A stretch of 64,000 nt of DNA from NCBI GenBank assembly GCA_965219455.1, contig OZ244744.1, positions 4,768,001 to 4,832,000 of the forward strand. The letters are read 5' to 3'. Source of the DNA: Candidatus Latescibacterota bacterium (GTDB lineage Bacteria; Latescibacterota; UBA2968; GCA-2709665). This document shows positions 20,778 to 32,868 of the stretch, piece after piece. Under the pieces are notes generated by a model. It saw nothing but the letters and a program-made list of their open reading frames with translations. It was not told the origin of the DNA and did not search any database. The position numbers and the translations under genes were made by a program. The number at the start of each line of letters is the position of its first letter. Position 1 is the stretch's first letter.

Positions 20778-23700
20778 ATGAAAATCTACTCTGGGTTTTT
20801 TCCCCTCGCGTTCGGCATCGCGTGCCTGGTGTGGCTGGTGCTGTTCATTTCCCCGTGGTCGTCGTCGACGCAGCCGTCCGGCTTTTCGCTCGCGCTGGAC
20901 CTGGACGATGCCGCGGGCGACCAGGCCGTATCCTCGCTTGACCTCATACCCGATCAGTCCTTTTCCATACAGATTTTCGGCAGTGATATTCAGAATACCC
21001 GCGGCATATCCATGCGCTTCCGATACGATGGGACCCAGGTTTCGTACGAAGGCTTCGACCCCGGCGAGGCGCTGCCCGATGCCAATGCGCTTGTCGAAGA
21101 GGATTCGACGTCGGTCCGGATCGATGTTTCGTCGCTGAGCGGGTCGGCAACGGTGAACGCGGGTTGGATCGGCACGGTTCGTTTTCGCACCACGGCCTTG
21201 TTTTCGGATACGGAGATCTGGTTGGTACACGCAGAACTTTCCCGGGGCGGAGGGTCCGAGGCAATATCGCCCGCCCTCGGTGTCGCGCTACAGGTCACCG
21301 CGCCGCCGTCCCCCGACTTCGACGGCAACGGGCTTGTGGGTTTTTCCGACTTTGTGGCCTTTAGCGACGCATACGGTTCCCGGCCTGGCGATGAAAACTA
21401 CAGCGCGAAGTACGACCTGAACGGCGACGGCAGCATCGGCTTCGACGACCTGCTGATCTTCGCCGAGCGTTTCGGCGATGCGGTCAACCGCGCGCCGGTC
21501 TTCGTCGCTGCGCCCCCGGTCACGCGCTCACTGGAAGAGAATACTTCGGCTGGCCAGCCCATCGGCAACCCGGTCATCGCTACCGACGCGGATGAAGATT
21601 CCCTTACGTACAGCCTGCGCGGCGCGTATGCGGACCGTTTTTCCATTGGCGCGGGCACGGGTCAGCTTCTCACCAGGGACGGCGTGGCCTACGACCACGA
21701 AGCGGGGGAGGCATATTCGCTAACCGTGCGGGTCAGCGACGGGCAGGGGGGCCGCGCCGGCGTTGGGGTGGGCATAGAGGTGACCGACGTGGACGAGCCC
21801 CCCGGCGCGCCCGGGGGCGTGGCGGTGATACCGCGCAACAGCGCCCTGCTGGTAAGCTGGAACGCGGCGCCCGACGAGGCGGGCAGGCCCCCGGTAAGCG
21901 GATACGAGGTGACGCACCGGAGGGGGGATGCCGGCAACTGGCAGGAAGCGCTGATGCTGGACGGCCGCGGGGATACCAGCGTGACGATCACGCGTCTGAA
22001 CAACGAACGCATCCACCAGGCGCGCGTGCGCAGTTTCAACGATGAGGGCGCAAGCCCGTGGTCGGAGCCCGTGGTCGGAGCCCGTGGTCGGAGCCCGTTG
22101 CGGGGGCGCCCACGGCGGGGCCGCAAGTGGCGCGCGGCATCCCGGACCAGAGTCTCTACACGGGCGGGGGTAACGGTCGCGTGAACCTGGCCATCGCGTT
22201 CACCCGTCCGGGCGGGAGGCCGCTGAGTTACGCCGCGGCATCGTCCGACAGCACCATCGCGGCCGTGAGCGTGTCGGATTCGATGGCGACGTTGCTCCCG
22301 GTGGCCGGGGGGCGCGTCACCATCACCGCGACGGCCAGCGACGTGTGGGGCAACGGCGCGAAGACGACGTTTAACGTTGTGGTGACATCGGGGCCGCCGC
22401 CCCCGGCGCGTCCGCCGCCGCCGCCGTCACCACCTCCGCCGCGACGGCCTCCTCCTCCACGACCGCCGCCGCCGCGACCTCCACCGGGTCCTAATCAGGC
22501 GCCAACCTTCAACGAAGGTGTGAGCACCTCGCGCAGCGTGGCCGAGAACACCCGACCGAACCAGGACATCCAGCACCCGGTCAGCGCCACCGATGGTGAC
22601 GGTCACCGCCTGACCTACCGTCTCAGCGGGGACGATGCCGGTTCCTTCGCCATTATCTCAAGCAACGGCCAGCTTCGCACCCGGTCGGGCGTTACGTACA
22701 ACCACGAGGACAAGGACCGCTATGAAGTCACCGTGGAAGCCGACGACCGCAACGGGGGCGCGGCCACGATTGGCGTCACCATCCACGTGGCCGACGTCGA
22801 GGAACCGCCGGAAGCGCCGGCCCGGCCCCGGGTCGAGGCAGCTTCGTCCACCAGCCTGACCGTGACCTGGACCGAGCCGGTTAACACCGGACCCCAGGTC
22901 GACGACTACGACGTGCAGTATCGGACGGGCAGCGGCAACTTTATCCCCTGGCCGCACAACAGCGCGGACCTGACCGCAACCATCACCAACCTGACCCCGG
23001 GCGCGAGCTATGAGGTACGGGTGCGCGCAACAAACGACGAAGGCACGGGCGAATGGTCGCCATCGGGCGTGGGGACGACACATGGCCGACTCATCAGCGT
23101 CTGCGATCGCGTGCCGCCGATACGCGAAGCGATCGTGAACGCGATTCCCGGCGTGGATGCGTGCGGAGACGTGTCGGCGAGCCATCTGGCGTCGATTGTG
23201 GCGCTGGACGTGAGACACAAGGATGCAACGGGACTGGATGCCGACGACTTTGCCGGTCTGACGGGCATGGAGGACCTCGTGTTGGAGCACGTCGATATAG
23301 GGGTGTTGCCCAACGCGGTCTTTTCCGGTCTGATCTCCCTGAAAAAGATCAAGATATACGACGCCTTTCTGAGCGAATTGAATGCCGGTATCTTTGCCGG
23401 CCTGCCAGCGCTCGAAACCCTCGACTTGCGCGCCAACTTCCTGACCACCTTGCCCGCAGGCGTATTTTCCACGCTGCCGAGCCTGAAGACAATCTCTCTG
23501 TGGGGCAACAGGTTGAGTTCCGTGGATGTCCGTGCTTTTTCGGGGCTGCCTGCGCTACGGAACCTCTCCCTGGCCGGCAACCAATTCAGCACCCTTCCTG
23601 AGAATGTGTTTTCCAATCTGCCGGCGCTGGAAAAGCTCTACCTGTCTTACAACCAATTCAGCACCTTGCCAGAGGGCGTATTTTCCGGGTTGGAAACCCT

Positions 23701-24043
23701 GAAACAACTCGATCTGGTTGGCAATCCCGTCGATCCCTTGCCTATTATGGTGTCGCTGGAACGCGCCGGTGCGGGCCAATTCAAGGCCAAAGCGCACACC
23801 GGCGCGCCCTTTGATATCGTTTTGCCGATCAGTGTCGCCAACGGCGCCATTGACGGTGGGACGAGCAATATCACGATCCATCGAGGCCGGGTCGAAAGCG
23901 ACGTCCTCAGGGTATCTCATACCGCTGGCGCAACTTCGGCCGTAAGCGTAGATATCGAACGGTTGCCTGCACTGCCACAATTCCATCAAGGCTATACTCT
24001 CGTCAAGTCCACTGCTGACTTGCCGCTGGTCGTTTTGGAATGA
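20778..24043 (+). pseudogene. Secreted modular surface protein D (shared N-module, cadherin, FN3, ~8 LRRs), frameshifted
   Basis: ORFs 20778..22184 and 22058..24043 join into one paralog of A-C if the two extra 13-bp units at 22053-22098 are removed. Confidence 0.85.
22053..22098 (+). repeat. 13-bp tandem repeat AGCCCGTGGTCGG x3.5 causing the frameshift
   Basis: Units at 22053, 22066 and 22079 plus a partial at 22092; paralogs B and C have one unit. Confidence 0.92.
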
Positions 24044-24069
24044 ACTGCGGGGTGAATGGGACGGACTGC

Positions 24070-24236
24070 TAGTGTTCTGTCCCGGAAATAGGTTGCCTAA
24101 ATTCAGCCGACGAGTCGCCCGACCCGCAAGGCGCCTGAGCGCAGGCGACCTGCGTAGGGTCGGCGAGCGAATGCAACGCAGCGAGACGGGATGAATCGGC
24201 GGCCGAATGGTTAGATATTTTTGGGACAGAGCACTA
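24070..24236. mobile_element. MITE with ~19-bp TIRs flanked by TA (IS630/Tc1-mariner style)
   Basis: TAGTGTTCTGTCCCGGAAATA ... TATTTTTGGGACAGAGCACTA; related element at 32754..32860. Confidence 0.75.
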
Positions 24237-24941
24237 CTTCCGGGGTACGTTGCCGTCGTAGAGTCGTTCGCCGCGCACCAACATCCGGTGGGGATTCTCC
24301 AAGTCGGCGATTTCGTCCACGCTGTGGTAACCCACGGTCATACTCATCCGGGTGCCGTCCGTTTGATTCTGTCCAACGCCGTGCATAATCATGCTGTCGA
24401 TGACGAGCATGCCGCCTTCGGGCATGGGCACGGGCAGGGCCTGGCCCAGGAGAGTTCGAGTCGATGCGTCGGCGTAGAGACGGCCTTTGACGCCCGGAAA
24501 ATGGTGTGAGCCGGGCACGACCAGGGTGCATCCGTTTTCCACCGTTGTTTCCTGCAGGTAGAAGATAACGGTGAAGATGGTCCGTGACCACTGCCGGACG
24601 TCCCGGTGCAACCCCTCCGGCCGGTTCTCCGAGGCCAGGCGGAGCGTGGCGTGGTTGTGCCGGTTTTTGATGAGTTCTATGTTGGGGCCCAGAAGGGATT
24701 CCAGGGGATCCAGGACCAGTGGGCTGGAAGCCGTTTCGAAGAAAACGGGTTCTCTGTCCACCACGCCCGAAATGCGTACGACACGTCCTTCCCTGTCACG
24801 CACGACCGGTTCCACCTCTTCGCGGAAGTTCCTCAAGATCGTCTTCTTGAGCTTTTCAACCTGTTCTCCCGGGAGCCGGTTTTCCAATTTGAGGAAGCCG
24901 TTGTGGCGAAACAGGTGTACCTGCTCGGATGTGAGTGACAT
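24234..24941 (-). CDS. Phytanoyl-CoA dioxygenase (PhyH) family 2OG-Fe(II) oxygenase
   Basis: F..NGFL start, HRD, ENGCTLVVPGSH, distal HG...N...R motifs. Confidence 0.88.
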   Translation of the reverse strand: MSLTSEQVHLFRHNGFLKLENRLPGEQVEKLKKTILRNFREEVEPVVRDREGRVVRISGVVDREPVFFETASSPLVLDPLESLLGPNIELIKNRHNHATLRLASENRPEGLHRDVRQWSRTIFTVIFYLQETTVENGCTLVVPGSHHFPGVKGRLYADASTRTLLGQALPVPMPEGGMLVIDSMIMHGVGQNQTDGTRMSMTVGYHSVDEIADLENPHRMLVRGERLYDGNVPRK

Positions 24942-24994
24942 TGGGGTTTCTCCGGTTGGCGCGGGTGACAAAAGCAATCAGCGAACAGCTGTCA

Positions 24995-26973
<1,979 letters not shown>

Positions 26974-27028
26974 GTTCTCAGCTTAACCGTTTGGCGATAT
27001 CCAATCGCCGATGTACACGCCGTTATGT

Positions 27029-27052
27029 GGGCGACCGGCCGGTCGCCCCTAC
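27029..27052. repeat. REP palindrome, second copy
   Basis: GGGCGACCGGCCGGTCGCCCCTAC matches the core of 20721..20748. Confidence 0.75.
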
Positions 27053-27249
27053 ACATACCGATCGGCGGTCCTGCTGCGACACCTCACGACCGCCCGGTGG
27101 ATCGGAGGGGGCTTTTCCGCGCTATTCCGTTCAACAACATAGTCCGGGAATGCCTGCGCAGGCCGCAGGGCAACGGCTTCGCGTTCTTTCCACAGCGGTG
27201 GTTCGCGGAAAAGCAGCCCCGCGGCGTCTGAGCGGCGCCCTTCTTTTTC

Positions 27250-27282
27250 GCCCTTTTTCTTGGGCGATGCAAGAAAAAGGGC
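27250..27282. terminator. Strong stem-loop (terminator-like or dispersed repeat)
   Basis: 13-bp perfect stem GCCCTTTTTCTTG / CAAGAAAAAGGGC with a 7-nt loop. Confidence 0.45.
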
Positions 27283-27362
27283 AAGGGAATAGGGGACGTT
27301 AGAGTCTTACAGTGTGACTTCTACGCAAAATGCGTAGATAATTATTCATGCTGCTTGTTTAG

Positions 27363-28915
27363 CCTCAATGCGAAAATAATGTTGATGAATTTCGGGGTAT
27401 TGAAGACTAAGCGAGAATGCGAATAAGTCTATATTTTTCAATAGGAAAAGGCCTTCCATTTTGGTATATTGGGAAGCGACAAACGACCCATTTAACCCAA
27501 AACGAAAGGCCACGTACAGTGAGACGAAAGAAAGCGGATTTGCACGCGCGTGTCAACGACAATTTGAAGATGGAATTCACCGGTGAAGGCCTCACCTCGT
27601 ATGCGGGTTTGGAACTGTTGATGCGATATTTGCGAAACGTGGATTGGAACAGGCAGTTGCGCCGTCACCTGGGCAGTGTGGGCTTTGGCGGCGATTTCGG
27701 TGTGGTGAGCCTGTGCCGTGTTCTGTTGGGTTTGCTGTGGGTAGGCGGCCGTCGGTTGCGGCATCTGGATTTCTTGAAAGGAGATCCCCTGCTGCAGCGG
27801 TTTTGCGGTCTGACGGATCTACCGACCCCCCGCAGCGTGAGTACGTTTCTGAGACGGTTTTCCGACAAGGGTCTCAACGCCCTGAAAGCCCTCAACGCCG
27901 ACGTGGTTGCCCATAAGATCAACCTGTTGCGCGCCCGAAAATTGACGATCGACGTGGACGGCACCGTCTTGTGCACCGGAAAACGCGTCGGCGGTGCCCG
28001 CCGCGGGTATAATCCGCATCATCGCAAAGTCCCCAGTTACTATCCGATCACCGCCTACCTGGCCGACAGTGGTCATTTTCTGGGCGTGCACAACCGGGCA
28101 GGCAACGTCAATGATGGCAGCGCCTCCATCCTGTTTCTAAAGGACGTGTTTTCCCAGATCAAAGAGACCTTGGGACACGCCTACACTCTGCGATTCCGCA
28201 TGGATGGCGCCTTTTTCAAAGAGGATGTGGTGAACACGCTCATCAAGAACAAGGCCTCGTATGCCATCAAGGTACCCTTCTGGAAAGGCCTGGACTTACA
28301 GCACAAAATCCGTCAATGCAGCAACTGGCAGCGCATCGAGAAGGGCGTCGACGGCTTCACGTCAACGCTGACGGTCAAAAAATGGAAACGCACCCTCAAC
28401 ATTGCCATCTTTCGAAAACGCGTGATGCATCAAACCCGAAAGAACTACCAGTTGGACCTGTTCGATCCCGATGATGGCACCTTCGAATACAGTGCGGTGG
28501 CTACCAATCTACCCTTCAAGTTGCGCGCGCTCTGGCGCTTCATGGCAGGCCGTGGTGCCCACGAAAAAGCCATTGGCGAACTCAAGACCGGACTTAGCTT
28601 CGATACCATCCCCACGCACCATTACCACGCCAATAGTGCCTGGCAACAGTTCGTCATTCTCGCGCACAACCTCCTGGTCAACTTCCAAATCGAAACCGGA
28701 CTCACAAAACGCAATCGCACCTTGAAAAATACCAACCGATGGCCGCTCAAATCCATACGTACTCTCCGGTTCGAGCTCATCAACCGAGCCGGACACCTCG
28801 TGCGACCCGAAGGGCGTCTAACCCTGCGCCTCCAACGCAACAAGCACACCGAAAAACAATACCGTAAAATCTGCAACGCGCTCCAGAAAGCCGCCTGATT
28901 TATTTCACATTGAGG
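27363..28915 (+). mobile_element. IS1380-family insertion sequence
   Basis: TIRs CCTCAATGCGAAAATAA / TTATTTCACATTGAGG; imperfect 4-bp flanks TTAG/TTAA. Confidence 0.85.
27519..28898 (+). CDS. IS1380-family DDE transposase
   Basis: LTSYAGL, TIDVDGT, GYNP...YYP, RMDGAF, RGAHEKAIGELK; likely GTG start at 27519. Confidence 0.9.
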   Translation: MRRKKADLHARVNDNLKMEFTGEGLTSYAGLELLMRYLRNVDWNRQLRRHLGSVGFGGDFGVVSLCRVLLGLLWVGGRRLRHLDFLKGDPLLQRFCGLTDLPTPRSVSTFLRRFSDKGLNALKALNADVVAHKINLLRARKLTIDVDGTVLCTGKRVGGARRGYNPHHRKVPSYYPITAYLADSGHFLGVHNRAGNVNDGSASILFLKDVFSQIKETLGHAYTLRFRMDGAFFKEDVVNTLIKNKASYAIKVPFWKGLDLQHKIRQCSNWQRIEKGVDGFTSTLTVKKWKRTLNIAIFRKRVMHQTRKNYQLDLFDPDDGTFEYSAVATNLPFKLRALWRFMAGRGAHEKAIGELKTGLSFDTIPTHHYHANSAWQQFVILAHNLLVNFQIETGLTKRNRTLKNTNRWPLKSIRTLRFELINRAGHLVRPEGRLTLRLQRNKHTEKQYRKICNALQKAA

Positions 28916-30432
28916 TTAATTGTAGGGTGTTGATGGTAAAGGGTCAAAGACAAGGCGAGTATTTTGTGCCCTTCGGGTGTGACGCGCCACCGTCTGGACC
29001 GTGGGATTTTTGCAATAAGGCCGCGGACGTGTAGGCGTTTGAGGCGGCGGCTGGTGGCATTGGCGTGCCGAGTGCGTTGCAGCAGGGATGCTGGATGTTG
29101 GAAGAGGTGTGTTCGGATGTCCTGGTTGCGGAAGCCCATCAGGGCGTGTTCGCCTTTCAACACAGCGGTAAACAGGGCGAGGTCGGCAGGGTCGGCGGGG
29201 TTGAAGCCCCGATAGGTACGTCCCTTGTGCCTGCGTGGCCGCGCCAGTGTGGTGAGGCTTTGATGTCCGGTAGCGGCGTCAGGGGCTGCGGACAGCGCCT
29301 GAAAGTAGCGTTGGTTGGCCGTCAACGAGATTTCCCGATAGCGGTAGAGGTTGGCCACGCCTTTGGCCATGGGATACCAGCCCATCACGCGTTGTCCTCG
29401 CCGTATGCCCCAGCGGCGGACCTTGAACTGCCTTGGATGGTTGATCACTGTTTCGACGCGTAGTACGCACCCGTGTTTGTCGTACATTTTAATCCAGTTC
29501 TCGCACATCCGGTGTTTGACTCTTGCGCCTTTGTGGCGTTTGTTTTTGAAGTCCGTGAGGACTTCGCCCTGAAAATTGCCGTGGAGTTTGCGGCCCAGGA
29601 AGGTCAAGATGTCCTGGGGAGAGAAGCACAGCACCGTGTGTCTGAGCAGGTTTTCATACAGCACCTTCAGGGCGTGGGGGCTTTGGAACATCACGTCGGT
29701 GGCGAACTCGGCCTGGTCAACGACCCAGTAGTAGTCCTTGCCCGAAAGCAGGTCGTTGAGCAGGGGGTTGACCTTGCGGGCGAACGCCGAGAGAATGCGC
29801 GGCCAATTCTTGCCCACAAAACGATCGGCAAAGCGTTGCGCCCGGTCCACATCGGCAATCCATAGAAAAGCGTTGTCTGATTTTTCATAGGCGATGCCGT
29901 GTTGCTCGAGCTTGCGCGCCAAGAACTCGTGGCCATTGAGACAGATCTGCACCACCAGCGGGAACCAGGACTGGATGCGGATATGCATCAACCCGAACTC
30001 CCGGTCAATCCAGTAAAAGTAGTAGCATAGGCATTTCCGTTGTGCGTTGATCAGGCGAGGCCTTCCTTCCCCTGGAACCAGCTTGAAACTCTGGCAGCCT
30101 TCCAGGGCCCGAAACACACAGACCAGGCCTTGCGTGATCCCATCGTGTTTTGCCAACCGTCGCGCTTCGTCCTCTTTCCTGATGGTGTTGCGTTGCAGAT
30201 AGATGAACGGGCGCTCGTGCTTGTTTGCCATCGCCTCCGCGTGGGCTTTGATCGTATCGGAATGCGTCATCACAAAACGCTTGAAGTCCTTCAACAATAA
30301 ACCCTGATTGCTGATGAACCGCTCCATCGCAGTTCCAAATCCCAGCGGCAGGTACCCTTTGAACAGAACCCGATCAAAACAGGATACCACTCCGGTGATT
30401 TATTCACTACATTGGTCCACGAAGTCTTTCAC
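28900..30432 (-). pseudogene. Uncharacterised transposase-like protein (KMYDK...LRVET motif, C-terminal wHTH-like), with a nonsense at codon 11 and a 3' end cut by IS1380
   Basis: AGGAGG RBS then GTG: MKDFVDQCSE*ITGVVSCFDR...; the native tail KQAA* is found left of the IS1380 (27353-27358 and adjacent). Confidence 0.65.
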
Positions 30433-30711
30433 GGCGTTCCTCCTTCCATTGATGGCGGTGGGTACCACCATCATAGGGGATGAACGCCGTTTTGCATACC
30501 CTAAAACTATCTGCTCTTGACTACCACCTATTTGGTTGCGGCTGAGCAAAGCGAAGCCGCGTTAGGGAGTGGTGGAACTTCAACCTCACGGGTACCGAAA
30601 CGCGGGTATTTCGACAAGCTTGCTTCGACAAGCTCAGCGTAAACAACGCAAGCCACGCGACGAGACAGGACAAATCGGGCGGAAGCATGGTGACATCAAT
30701 CTGGGGCGATA

Positions 30712-30965
30712 CTAACCCACGGTCACCGCGACCCGGTGCATGGAGTTATTGAGATAGCCGCGCGGGTTCCAGGCGATCGCGTGCGGCTGGCTCACGCCGA
30801 GTGAGTCGGTGGCCCTGGCCCAGACTTCATAATACCCCTGCCGGGGAAAAGCGACCCTGGCGCGCCAGTTCTGCCACGCGTAAGTATTCACCGGTTCATC
30901 CAGCCTCGCCTCCATCCAGGTCGCGCCGAAGTCGATCGATAGATGCACGGCGTTCACCTTCCGGT
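30712..30965 (-). pseudogene. C-terminal fragment of a sulfite-oxidase-family (Moco dimerisation domain) protein
   Basis: VHLSIDFGATW..ARL...AWQNW...WARATD..G..QP...WNPRGYLNN; the catalytic N-terminal part is absent. Confidence 0.75.
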
Positions 30966-31000
30966 CGCCGAGGTGTCTCAGGGGTGCCGGATGGCCGGAT

Positions 31001-31888
31001 TCACTTGCCGAAAACCCTTTTGGCATTGAGTGTTAACGTCCAGTGCCGTGCGCCGGCGAACGAATTGTGGCTGGGGAAGTCTGGATCCAGGCTGTGCATC
31101 GGATGAATCGAATATTCCCCCCGGACGTCCATGCCGCCCGTCATAGAGTACGTCAGCTTTAATCCCAGCAACGTCCCGTCGCTCACCGCATAATCGGCCC
31201 CCGCGTGTACGCTCCCGGCCAGGACCACGTCCGAGAGGTCGGCGTCCTGGCGGCTGTTGTAGAAAGACAGCGGAGGATCGTAGGCCTGGCCGCTGCTGGA
31301 CATTTCCTTATGGTCGTCGGAATAGTGCGTGCCGGTCATGGCAACATGCGCCGCGCCTAGCCCGCCGCCGACGTAGGGTGAAATACCGTGCTGACCACCT
31401 GGAAGATCGTGGTATACGTTGAGCGAAAGCGAGCGTACGACAAAATCGTCGATCGAAGACCGGGTGTTGGACTCGATCGTTCCGCCTTCGCGGTCCTCCA
31501 TGGTCACGCCGTCGAAGTCGGTGACGCTTTGAAAGATCTGATCGATGTCGTTCTTTCGCTGTGCAAGCGCAAATTCCACGCGTTTGCGATCGAAAATACG
31601 CCCGATCGAGGCCCGGAAAGCGTATCCTCCGGCGGCCTCGTTATTGTAACGCCAACGGTATCCGGAAATTCGGGGAATGGGATCCAGATCGAAACATGCG
31701 TCGGTCGGATAACAGAATGTGTCCCGGTTCCATCCCTTCTGATCGATGTCGGACGCCCGATTCACGCCCAGCGTCGCGCCGACGTACCAGCCGGAGCGCG
31801 GCGGCCCGGGCTGCGCGCATACCCTCGAACTGTGAGAAAGCAACTGGAGTCCGAAAACGGTGGATAAGATGACCGAGAAAAGACGCAT
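31001..31888 (-). CDS. Outer-membrane beta-barrel protein (opacity/OmpW-like)
   Basis: Signal peptide, GWYVG, NVYHD, ISPYVGGGLGAA, amphipathic strands, C-terminal F. Confidence 0.75.
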   Translation of the reverse strand: MRLFSVILSTVFGLQLLSHSSRVCAQPGPPRSGWYVGATLGVNRASDIDQKGWNRDTFCYPTDACFDLDPIPRISGYRWRYNNEAAGGYAFRASIGRIFDRKRVEFALAQRKNDIDQIFQSVTDFDGVTMEDREGGTIESNTRSSIDDFVVRSLSLNVYHDLPGGQHGISPYVGGGLGAAHVAMTGTHYSDDHKEMSSSGQAYDPPLSFYNSRQDADLSDVVLAGSVHAGADYAVSDGTLLGLKLTYSMTGGMDVRGEYSIHPMHSLDPDFPSHNSFAGARHWTLTLNAKRVFGK

Positions 31889-32126
31889 GTAAATTCCTTC
31901 CTGAACCGCTGCGCGCGCGGAAAGATCGACCGCGGGGCCAGACGACAATATACAGTCGTGCTATTCTGAACAGATCTTTGAAATATTCTAAAATGGGATC
32001 GGAAAAGTCAAGTTTGTTTTTCCTGTGAGGCGCGTTAATTTAGGAGAGGCAGACGAACGCGCACGTGCTTTTTTGACCGATGACGGAGATCCGGCCAACA
32101 TACCCACACGACAAGGAGAAACTTGC

Positions 32127-32756
32127 ATGCTGACCTGTGAATCCCTGTTGCCCCTGCTCGATGCCCGGGTGGCGTCCATACTTCTGCGGCAGGTTCTGGA
32201 CCGCTCCCGCCTGGACTATGGCGGCTTTGTCGAAGACGGCGTGGCCGGGGGAACCGGGGTGGGGAACGTCGTTCCTCTCTGCTATGCCTATCTGCTGGAG
32301 GGCTCCGCACACTATCGGAGTACCGAACTCCTCGAGCGAATCCTCCTGGGAGCCGGTTTCGGCCGCAGGATCCGGCGGGATTCCGTACGGAAGAACCTGG
32401 ACCTTTCCTACCATCTTCTGCACGCCGACGGTACGGTCGTGACGAGTGTGTCTCAAAGGCAGGACCGGGGGTCGCAGACGATTCCCGTGGGACTGGTGGA
32501 CAGCTATTACGCGATGGCGCGCATGGAGGAAAACGGATTCTACGCGGCAGTCGCCGACTGGCTGATCGATCAGGAGCCCGGCGGGCTGCCCTGGACGCTT
32601 CACCCGTTCTTGGAACACCCGGAATGGCGTGAGGATAATTTGAAACGCGAACCGCTGCCAGACAGCTATTCGAAGGTTTTTCCCGTTTCGGGCATATGGC
32701 GGGTGCGCCGCGGGAGGATGAGCGCGACCGAGGGGATATTGGATAGCAAAGGCTAA
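32127..32756 (+). CDS. Hypothetical protein, possibly truncated
   Basis: AGGAG RBS + ATG and protein-like composition; the stop codon coincides with the MITE end. Confidence 0.45.
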   Translation: MLTCESLLPLLDARVASILLRQVLDRSRLDYGGFVEDGVAGGTGVGNVVPLCYAYLLEGSAHYRSTELLERILLGAGFGRRIRRDSVRKNLDLSYHLLHADGTVVTSVSQRQDRGSQTIPVGLVDSYYAMARMEENGFYAAVADWLIDQEPGGLPWTLHPFLEHPEWREDNLKREPLPDSYSKVFPVSGIWRVRRGRMSATEGILDSKG

Positions 32757-32860
32757 TGTGCTGTCCCGGAAATAGATCGCCGAAATTCGGCCTGCCTGTG
32801 CGGAAGACCTGCACGCAGACAGGCGGATGAATGGTGACATATTTCTGGGACGGGACACTA
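32754..32860. mobile_element. MITE related to 24070..24236, containing an internal CCTGCCTG...CAGACAGG hairpin
   Basis: TAATGTGCTGTCCCGGAAATA ... TATTTCTGGGACGGGACACTA. Confidence 0.7.
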
Positions 32861-32868
32861 GGCGCCGG

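Larger units (their letters stand above)
27297..30565 (-). mobile_element. Putative TIR-less element with subterminal hairpins, bounded by CGTTAG direct repeats, carrying a nested IS1380
   Basis: CGTTAG at 27297 and 30560; hairpins CTACGCA-AAA-TGCGTAG (27321-27337) and GCGGCT...AGCCGC (30538-30560); a single ~510-aa ORF. Confidence 0.6.

Noticed and set aside
1232-24000. Many long antisense and alternate-frame ORFs (e.g. 1634..3088, 5552..6754)
   Set aside because: These are shadow ORFs of GC-rich coding sequence with no recognisable motifs.
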